NCBI GenBank assembly: GCA_963704755.1
Contig: OY969938.1
Coordinates: 4,710,001-4,742,000, forward strand
DNA length: 32,000 bases
Source of the DNA: an uncultured Chloroflexia bacterium
GTDB lineage: Bacteria; Chloroflexota; Anaerolineae; Anaerolineales; Anaerolineaceae
Reading direction: 5' to 3'
This document shows, in pieces, positions 24,748 through 31,618 of this stretch. Within the stretch, counting starts at the first letter, position 1. Each line of letters opens with the position of its first letter. A model generated the notes under the pieces. That model worked only from the letters and a program-made list of their open reading frames with translations. It was not told where the DNA came from and did no database searches. The translations under genes and the position numbers were made by a program.

Positions 24748-25110
24748 ATGGCTCAGAAAATGGCTGTCGTCTGTAATGGGGAAACCGGCGCAAATATTAT
24801 GCCCACATTGATTTTCTCGACTTCGGGAATCGCCCTGGATTATGAAGTTCATGTGTTCATTTGCCCGGCCGGCGCCAAATGGGCGCTCAAAGGCGAATTG
24901 GAAAAATTAGGCCAACCCAAAGGTATGCCGAATCCCATCAAACTATTCAATGATCTTTTGGATGGCGGCGGCGAAGTTGTCCTGTGCGAACTGGCCCTGG
25001 AAAACAAGGGCATCGATCCCCAAGATCTGCGCGATCCGCGCATCAAGATCAAAAAGGCACCGCCTTTCCTGATGGATGTCGAAGGCGCTGCTCAGACGTA
25101 CGTGTTCTAA
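24748..25110 (+). CDS. DsrE/DsrF-like family small sulfur-relay-type protein
   Basis: It is 120 aa. KMAVVCNGE......PTLIF...G.A....V.VF, then EVVLCELAL and a hydrophobic C-terminus, match the DsrE-like fold pattern as recalled. CGGAGG precedes ATG 24748. Confidence 0.65.
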   Translation: MAQKMAVVCNGETGANIMPTLIFSTSGIALDYEVHVFICPAGAKWALKGELEKLGQPKGMPNPIKLFNDLLDGGGEVVLCELALENKGIDPQDLRDPRIKIKKAPPFLMDVEGAAQTYVF

Positions 25111-25135
25111 ACTGAGAAAATAGTCATTTCCCAAG

Positions 25136-25180
25136 GTGGGCCAGAATCAAGTGGTATGAGGGGTCTGGCCCACATTTTTA
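25136..25180 (+). terminator. Rho-independent terminator of the tusA-qmo-dsrE operon
   Basis: GTGGGCCAGA (25136-25145) pairs with TCTGGCCCAC (25164-25173). ATTTTTATTT follows. Confidence 0.65.
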
Positions 25181-25207
25181 TTTAAGCGTTTACCGCTAAG
25201 AAGAGAA

Positions 25208-25416
25208 AAACCACGGAGGCACAGAGTACACGGAGAAAAGAAAGAGAAGAAGAGAAAATATTTAGAAAGGGCGCCGTCGTAGGGTGCGTTTTAGGGCTGG
25301 CTTCCTCGGCGCTGGCGAACTACCAGTCCACTAGCCCGCCCTGGCGTGCCCGGAACGCACCGTTATGGCGCTGCCTTTACGGATCAAACCACGGAGGCAC
25401 AGCGTACACGGAGAAA
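25208..25416 (+). repeat. Composite repeat A: short unit, then a ~124-bp structured module, then a short unit
   Basis: The units AAACCACGGAGGCACAGAGTACACGGAGAAA (25208-25238) and AAACCACGGAGGCACAGCGTACACGGAGAAA (25386-25416) flank a module at 25262-25385. The reverse complement of this composite recurs at 28645-28874. Confidence 0.8.
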
Positions 25417-25482
25417 TGTAGAGTGGGTGAAGGGCTTGTTTATAACGCTAGCGACCTAAACACCGGCAAGTCTCACGAAACC

Positions 25483-25527
25483 TTGCCCGTAACCCACCAT
25501 CCGTATTTAACGGTGGGTTACGGGCAA
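25483..25527. repeat. Perfect 16-bp hairpin inside the repeat tract
   Basis: TTGCCCGTAACCCACC (25483-25498) pairs with GGTGGGTTACGGGCAA (25512-25527) across a 13-nt loop. Confidence 0.6.
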
Positions 25528-25608
25528 TTCCCGGATTGGGGCATCTACTCTTTGTTCGCCAGCGTTGATATTGAGCCCTGCACCCACCCTACAGCGCTAC
25601 GGAGAAGG

Positions 25609-25638
25609 AAAACCACCAGGCACAGAAGACACCGCAGG
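25609..25638 (+). repeat. Degenerate copy of the short repeat unit
   Basis: AAAACCACCAGGCACAGAAGACACCGCAGG compared with the consensus AAACCACGGAGGCACAGnGnACACGGAGAAA. Confidence 0.55.
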
Positions 25639-25667
25639 CGTAAAGCATCCCGAGAAGAAAAAAATTA

Positions 25668-25699
25668 AAAACCACGGAGGCACAGCGTTCACGGAGAAA
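25668..25699 (+). repeat. Copy of the short repeat unit
   Basis: AAAACCACGGAGGCACAGCGTTCACGGAGAAA. Confidence 0.75.
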
Positions 25700-25726
25700 G
25701 AAAAGAATTTAGGGGAGGAATTTGAC

Positions 25727-26660
25727 TTATTCCTGCACCCCTTGTTCGGGCAAACTGAGCAGATCGGCATTTTCAGGGGCGTGGATGAAACTCCAAAATA
25801 CGTCTCGCGGCCGGTTCGATTCGCCGATGTGCTTTTTGATCATGTAAATGGTCCGTTGGAGGTTGAGCCCGTCCACGTGGACGCTCACCACATCGCCGCG
25901 CTCGAGCGGGTAATCGGCGGCCAACTCGGAAACAAATCCCACCCCAAATCCGGCTGCGACCGTACGGACGATGGCTTCGGCGTTGCCCAACTCCATAAAT
26001 ACGTTCAAATCTTCCAGACCAATATCGTGCTTGGCCAGCTCCTCGAACACAACACTGCGCGTCCCCGAAGTCGGTTCGCGCAAAATCAGGGGTTCTTGAA
26101 TTAATTCCGAACTATCGATCGAGGGACGGCGGGCCCAACGATGCCCGGCCGGAACGATCAGAATAATTTTGTCGGTGAAGAATTCCTGGATTTCCAGGTT
26201 AGGGCCAGAAATTTCGCGACTCAATACCCCAATTTGCGCTTCGCCATCCAACATCCTTTGGGCGACCTGTTCTGGAGCGCAGCCGGGGATGCGCACATGG
26301 ATGCGTGGATACCTTTGGCGGAACCGCGCGGCTAACTGCGGCAGGACATACTTTCCGGCGGTAGTACTGCAGGCGATACACAATTCCCCCACCACGTCTT
26401 GCATGGAAGACATCATGGATTCCAAATCGGAGGTGTCGCGCATCAGGCGATGCGCCCAGGGCAGTAACAGCCGGCCGGCATCGGTCAGGCGCAGTCCATT
26501 GCCGCTGCGGTCGAATAAAACCACTCCCAACTCACTCTCAAGGGTCTTGATGTGGTGGCTGACGGTGGGTTGGCTGAGATGCAGGTTTTTGGCCGCCTCG
26601 GAAAAACTCAGAACTCTCGGCTGCGGAAAGGAAGGTTTGAATGCGCTGGATATCGATCAT
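25727..26660 (-). pseudogene. LysR-family transcriptional regulator with an apparent 1-nt frameshift inside the HTH
   Basis: The frame from ATG 26660 reads MIDIQRIQTFLSAAES and then runs out of frame to a stop. The adjacent frame continues LSFSEAAKNLHLSQPTVSHHIKTLESELGVVLFDRS and then a full LysR substrate-binding domain to 25727. Removing one T of the TT (the AA at 26612-26613 on the plus strand) restores a single ORF. Confidence 0.7.
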
Positions 26661-26769
26661 CGAATTAAGTCCTTGCGAAACCGGATAAAAATAGTATAGC
26701 ATGGAAGAGGTCCAAAGAAAATTTGGGTTAAGCCTGTCCGCACGGCAGAGCTCACCCCAAATTTTTAAT

Positions 26770-26807
26770 TTTACACATCCTTTATCTATTATTTACACAT
26801 CCTTTAT
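26770..26807. promoter_or_regulatory. Tandem perfect 16-bp direct repeat in the LysR/MCP divergent intergenic region
   Basis: TTTACACATCCTTTAT occurs at 26770-26785 and again at 26792-26807, with a centre-to-centre spacing of 22 bp. Confidence 0.4.
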
Positions 26808-26999
26808 TTAATTTGACGGGGTCCACAATACAATTTAAAGGTCCAATCAGAAATAATATATCAAAATTTGTGATGACTTGAGGGGAATTATGAACAAAGA
26901 TTTCTTGACCCTTGCGATTGCTATTTTCATTGGGATCATTCTGGCTTTGGGTACGATGAGGTTAATTTTAAGAAAGGTGCGGCAATCTTCTTGACCGGG

Positions 27000-28517
27000 A
27001 TGCTTTCGGTTGTTGGCGCGATCTGCGCCTTGGCCGGGTTTATCCTCGGGCAGAAAGGGATCACTGCTGCCAACGCAGCATTCACTCTCGCGATTGTGAT
27101 GCCCATCCTGATTGTTTTGACCATTTATATGGTGCGGGTGATGATTATCCCGCTCAGGAAGCTGGTGGTGGTCGTTCAGGGGCTTTCCCGGGGGGAGTTC
27201 GAACAATCTTACAATAAAAAAGCCATTTTTGAGCTGGGTGAATTGTTTGCCTCGATCGACCATATGATCGCATACCTGCAAGGGTTAACCATTACAGCCC
27301 AGCATATTGCCAGCGGAGACTTAACCGATCAAGTGATCGCCCAATCGGAAAGCGATCGATTGGGCAGTTCATTCCAAACAATGATCGACCAATTGGGCTA
27401 TATGGTGGGGAATATCAAAGATAGTTCGGTCCAGCTTGGGGCCGCCTCCGAACAACTGGCTTTGTCGGCGGAGCAGGCGGGTTATGCCACCGACCAGATC
27501 GGTACCACCATCCGGCAAATCGCGACCGGCACCAGCCAGCAAGCCGAGAGTGTCAACCAGACTGCGCTCAACATCACGACGATTTCAAAATCGATCAACG
27601 CAGTTGCGAAAGATGCCTGCGAGCAGGCGAGCGTGGTCGAAAAATCTGACCAGATCGTCGGGAAGATCTTGAATTTTTTCACCCTTCAAGCCGCCGAGGC
27701 CGAGAAAAGCTGGCAGGAGTTGATATCCGCTACCCAAACAATTGAGAACGGGGTCACGAAGATCACGGCCACCATGCAAGGCATCGAGTTGATCAAGGCC
27801 AAGGTCGATCAATCGGCCGAACGGGTTAAAGAAATGGGGGAACGGACGAATCAAATCGGCGGCATCCTGGGAATGATCGAAGAAATTGCTTCCCAGACCA
27901 ATATGCTGGCGTTGAATGCCTCGATCGAGGCCGCGCGGGCTGGCGAAGCCGGCAAAGGCTTCGCCGTGGTAGCTACCGAGGTTGGCCGGTTGGCCGAACA
28001 ATCCAATGGCGCAACGCGGGAAATCAGCCAACTTATTTTGAGCATCCATCAGACGATGGATGAAGTCATGAAATCGATGAACGAAAGCTCCAGCGGTGTG
28101 GATCAGGGATCGGAAAACGCCAAAGATGCCGGTGAAGTTTTGGGGCGGATTTTGGAAGAAAAATCGAAAGATACCGCCCGGGCAAAACGAGTGGTGGTTG
28201 CAGTAGGAGAATTGAAGAAATTGGGTGAGGAATTGGCTGCGGCGATCCATACCATGCAGGCGGTGACGGATGAAATCAGCCGGACTATGCCGCAAATGTC
28301 GGTTAGTACCAATGAAGTTACCGTGGCGATGGAAAATATCGCCAGCGTCAGCGAGGAAAATTCGGCGGCGGCAGAAGAAGTGAGCGCAGGAACCGAGGAA
28401 GTGAGCGCTCAGGTGGAAGAGGTAACCGCCTCGGTGCGATCGCTGGTCGAAATGGCAGGGAACCTGGAAAAATTGATCTCGTCCTTCAACCTGGCCGGGT
28501 CGATGGCTGGCAAATAA
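27000..28517 (+). CDS. Methyl-accepting chemotaxis protein (short-loop membrane hairpin, HAMP, signalling domain)
   Basis: It has the highly conserved signalling motif [35 protein letters not shown] and a HAMP-like P-LRKL...V..L..G. The track start is TTG 26991 and the first ATG is 27000. The true N-terminus may lie at ATG 26890 in another frame (see findings). Confidence 0.85.
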   Translation: MLSVVGAICALAGFILGQKGITAANAAFTLAIVMPILIVLTIYMVRVMIIPLRKLVVVVQGLSRGEFEQSYNKKAIFELGELFASIDHMIAYLQGLTITAQHIASGDLTDQVIAQSESDRLGSSFQTMIDQLGYMVGNIKDSSVQLGAASEQLALSAEQAGYATDQIGTTIRQIATGTSQQAESVNQTALNITTISKSINAVAKDACEQASVVEKSDQIVGKILNFFTLQAAEAEKSWQELISATQTIENGVTKITATMQGIELIKAKVDQSAERVKEMGERTNQIGGILGMIEEIASQTNMLALNASIEAARAGEAGKGFAVVATEVGRLAEQSNGATREISQLILSIHQTMDEVMKSMNESSSGVDQGSENAKDAGEVLGRILEEKSKDTARAKRVVVAVGELKKLGEELAAAIHTMQAVTDEISRTMPQMSVSTNEVTVAMENIASVSEENSAAAEEVSAGTEEVSAQVEEVTASVRSLVEMAGNLEKLISSFNLAGSMAGK

Positions 28518-28537
28518 TAATTCATTGCGGAGAAGAT

Positions 28538-28570
28538 AAAAACCACAGAGAAACGGAGGACACGGAGAAG
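28538..28570 (+). repeat. Degenerate copy of the short repeat unit
   Basis: AAAAACCACAGAGAAACGGAGGACACGGAGAAG. Confidence 0.5.
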
Positions 28571-28644
28571 AAGGAAGAGACCGGGCCGATCTACTATAGG
28601 CCATCGTCTTTTCGACCGGCATTTTAAATTTTTTCTTTCCAGTC

Positions 28645-28874
28645 TTTTTTCTGTGGTCTCTGTGCCGTGGTTTGGTTCGTAAAGGCAGCGCTATATTGGT
28701 GCGTTCCGGGCACGCCAGGGTAAGCCTATGAGCTTATTATTTAACCCGATTCGGAATGTCAGCCCTTAAACGCACCCTACGATGATGCTCATTCCAAAAA
28801 TTCTTCTCTGCGTCCCTCAGCGCCTCTGCGGTAATATTTCTTTTCTCCGTGCCCCCTGTGCCTCCGTGGTTTTC
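28645..28874 (-). repeat. Composite repeat B, an inverted copy of composite A
   Basis: Its reverse complement reads unit (28837-28874), degenerate unit (28801-28832), module (28675-28800), unit (28645-28674). The module ends match A closely (TCGTAGGGTGCGTTT.AGGGCTG and CCCTGGCGTGCCCGGAACGCACC....GCGCTGCCTTTACG.A.CAAACCACGG), but the central ~45 nt differ. Confidence 0.8.
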
Positions 28875-28881
28875 TTTCTTC

Positions 28882-30261
28882 TTAATTCCTCAGGCTGTGG
28901 ATTGGAGCAGGGATTTTGCCGGCGAACTCGATGAAGCGGGCAGATTTACCGATGTTACGCACGGGTGCGATGGCGCTTTCGCCGAATAGGCCGCCGAAGG
29001 AGACAAACTCGCCGGCCTCTTTGCCCGGTACCGGGATCAGCCGGACGGCAGTGGTTTTGCCGTTGATCATCCCAATGGCCATTTCGTCGGCGATGATGGC
29101 CGCCAGGGTAACCGCGTCCACCGAACCGGGCACGGCGATCATGTCGAGCCCCACCGAGCACACGCTGGTCATGGCTTCCAGCTTTTCCAGCACCAGGCTG
29201 TTGTCGCGGACGGCCTCGGCCAGAGCGTGGTCTTCGCAGACCGGGATGAAAGCGCCGCTCAGCCCGCCGACACTCTGGCTGGCAAAGGTGCCGCCCTTCT
29301 TGACCGCGTCATTGAGCATGGCCAGGATGGCAGTGGTACCGGGCGCGCCGATCGCGTCCACCCCCAGGATTTGCAATATCTCGCCTACACTGTCGCCAAC
29401 GTCTGGGGTAGGCGCCAGGGACAGATCGACCACGCCAAAAGGAACATTCAGTTTGCTGGCCACCTGGCGGCCGATCAACTCGCCGCAGCGGGTTACCCGG
29501 AAGGCGGTATGCTTGATCTCCTCGGCCAGGTCTTGCAGCCCCAGGTCGCGGCTGCCCACCTGTGCGATCTTGCGCTCCAGCGCGCGGGCGATCACGCCCG
29601 GTCCGCTGACGCCCACGTTGATGACTACCTCGTGCTGACCCAGGCCGTGAATGGCTCCGGCCATGAAAGGATTATCGCCGGGCTGGTTGGTGAAGACCAC
29701 GAACTTGGCCGCCGCGAACCCGCCGCGGTCGGCGCTCAACTCGGCCAGGTCTTTGACCGTCTGGCCGATCAGCTTGACGGCATCCATATTGATGCCGTGG
29801 CGGGTGGAGCCCACGTTGACCGATCCACAGACCTTATTCGTGACGTTAAGTGCCTGGGGAATGGCAGAAATCAACTCGGCATCATAGCTGGTCATGCCGT
29901 TGGCCACGTCGGCTGAGAAGCCGCCCAGGAAATCGACACCTACCTCGCTGGCGGCTTCGTCCAGCGCGTGAGCGATTTGGATAAATCCGGCCGCGTCAAA
30001 GCCGGCGCCCACATTGACGATAGGCGTGACGGCGATCCGCTTGTTGACCACCGGGATGGCATAATCGGCGCTGACCGCTTCGCAGGTGGCGACCAGTTTC
30101 CCGGCCTGGCGGCGGATCTTTTCTTTGATCGCCTGGCAGGTGCTTTCGACGCTGACGCGGTGGCAGTCGAGCAGGCTGATGCCCATGGTCACGGTGCGCA
30201 CATCCAGCTTTTCTTTCTGGATCATATCAACCGTATTGAGAATTTCTTCGGATTGAATCAT
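28882..30261 (-). CDS. UPF0210/DUF711-family protein
   Basis: The 459-aa product starts MIQSEEILNTVDMIQKEKLDVRTVTMGISLLDC, which fits the UPF0210 family pattern as recalled. The ORF-track extension to 30567 would overlap the upstream ACT gene. Confidence 0.8.
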   Translation of the reverse strand: MIQSEEILNTVDMIQKEKLDVRTVTMGISLLDCHRVSVESTCQAIKEKIRRQAGKLVATCEAVSADYAIPVVNKRIAVTPIVNVGAGFDAAGFIQIAHALDEAASEVGVDFLGGFSADVANGMTSYDAELISAIPQALNVTNKVCGSVNVGSTRHGINMDAVKLIGQTVKDLAELSADRGGFAAAKFVVFTNQPGDNPFMAGAIHGLGQHEVVINVGVSGPGVIARALERKIAQVGSRDLGLQDLAEEIKHTAFRVTRCGELIGRQVASKLNVPFGVVDLSLAPTPDVGDSVGEILQILGVDAIGAPGTTAILAMLNDAVKKGGTFASQSVGGLSGAFIPVCEDHALAEAVRDNSLVLEKLEAMTSVCSVGLDMIAVPGSVDAVTLAAIIADEMAIGMINGKTTAVRLIPVPGKEAGEFVSFGGLFGESAIAPVRNIGKSARFIEFAGKIPAPIHSLRN

Positions 30262-30350
30262 GAGGTTACTTCCTATCGAAAATGGCTTTCCTCTTGGGGA
30301 GAGCCGCCAGAAAATTTGGTTGGGGGGTGAAAGCCAAAATATGCGGAGAT

Positions 30351-30929
30351 TTAATGAATGGGAAAATTGATTTCGTTGACGGCTTTGAAGATGTCGTAAT
30401 GCTGCAAGACGACTTTCAAACCGGTTGCTCGAGAAAATTCCACCAAATCCTGGCGGACGATGTCGATCGAGGCCGTACGGCTGGCATCGATGATCAAAAT
30501 CATCACGTAAGCGCCATCTGAGACGGTAGTGGAAAGATCGAGAATGTTCAGGTTGTGTTTCACACAAAAGGAGGATACGGTGGCCACAAAGCCGATGCGG
30601 TCCTCCCCGGTAGCGGTTAAGACGTAGGCATTATCCGGGATGTGCGGGCAAGAATTTTGGATCGAATCATCGACCGGTTTAATCACCGAATCGATCACGG
30701 TATCGCTATGGGCATCGATTTCGGCGAATTTTCGCTCGATATCGCGTTGGCTGATACTGGTGGGAAAAGATACCAGCAAGATCATGGTGAAATACCCGCA
30801 TAAAACACTCTGGCGGATATCGGCGATGTTGCCGGACAAATCGCAGATCGCGTTGGAAACTTCGTGGACAATGCCGACCCGATCGCGGGACATAATCGAA
30901 ATTACAAATTCTTGTTGCGTTGTTTCCAT
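30351..30929 (-). CDS. Tandem ACT-domain protein (GcvR/UPF0237-like)
   Basis: It has two ACT repeats (FVISIMSRDRVGIVHEVSNAICDLSGNI and YVLTATGEDRIGFVATVSSFCVKHNLNI). It lies immediately upstream of the UPF0210 gene, which is a recurrent pairing. Confidence 0.8.
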   Translation of the reverse strand: METTQQEFVISIMSRDRVGIVHEVSNAICDLSGNIADIRQSVLCGYFTMILLVSFPTSISQRDIERKFAEIDAHSDTVIDSVIKPVDDSIQNSCPHIPDNAYVLTATGEDRIGFVATVSSFCVKHNLNILDLSTTVSDGAYVMILIIDASRTASIDIVRQDLVEFSRATGLKVVLQHYDIFKAVNEINFPIH

Positions 30930-31160
30930 AGAAAACCCTTGCAGGATATGAAAAATAAAAACCGTGATAACTGCCCAGGCAGGTTCAAAAAAGGAGTGGA
31001 TTATTATTTTGCGCCGGCCGAGAAGTATAAAACTGGAAAACTTGCTCTACCTGTAGGAAGAATGTGCTTTCCAAACAAGCAGGGGCAGTTCCAAACCTGG
31101 TTGAATTATATGTGGGTTTTCCCGATTCGGTGGGATTAATGGATTGCGGGATTGCTGTGA

Positions 31161-31394
31161 AAAGACATCTCGAAATGCTGCAAGGACATTCTTCCCATTC
31201 GCCAATTGAGAGACAGTTCCGCTGGCAAAGTGCGCACCCTTGCAGCGACTTTGATCAGCGCCGGTCGTTTCGATCCACAGACACCGCTGGCCTGCGCCGC
31301 TCAATTGGCCACGGGAACTGCCTCGGGCAGGCTGGTTGTGTTCGAGAACAGCGGGCATTTCCCATTTTTTGAGGAAAAGGGCCGGTTTGTCTAG
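31161..31394 (+). pseudogene. C-terminal remnant (~77 codons) of an alpha/beta-fold hydrolase
   Basis: The frame reads ...KVRTLAATLISAGRFDPQTP...AAQLA......RLVVFENSGHFPFFEE, which is the typical PtLvi.G..D...P / GH.pf.E. C-terminus containing the catalytic His. There is no intact upstream ORF and a stop lies at 31158-31160. Confidence 0.45.
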
Positions 31395-31618
31395 TCGCTG
31401 AATGATTTTTTTGCGAGGAAGTTCGGTGAATAAAACGACCGGATAAGGACTTTGCCAACCAGTTTATCATTTTCTTTTGTGAAATGCGGCATTGTGTACG
31501 ATAAAATGCTATAATAATTATTAAGATAGACAATATCCGAATTAATTCCCATTGACCCAGATGCGGGCTTGTTCTGGCCCGATGGCCAAATCTTATGGTT
31601 GATAATACTGGTAGAAAA

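Noticed and set aside
25200-25710. A possible CRISPR array, given the multiple ~31-bp repeats.
   Set aside because: Repeat spacing is irregular (30-190 bp) and copies are degenerate. Copies occur in both orientations at the second site, and no cas genes are present in the window.
25423-26104. ORFs of 81 aa and 179 aa running through the repeat tract and antisense to LysR.
   Set aside because: They are generated by the purine-rich repeat units (HGGTE/TEKK-like peptides) and by the LysR shadow frame. They have no RBS or motifs.
28882-30567. A 561-aa version of the UPF0210 ORF with a 102-aa N-terminal extension.
   Set aside because: The extension is Arg/His-rich nonsense and overlaps the 3' end of the upstream ACT gene by more than 200 nt. 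The family-typical N-terminus starts at the internal ATG 30261.
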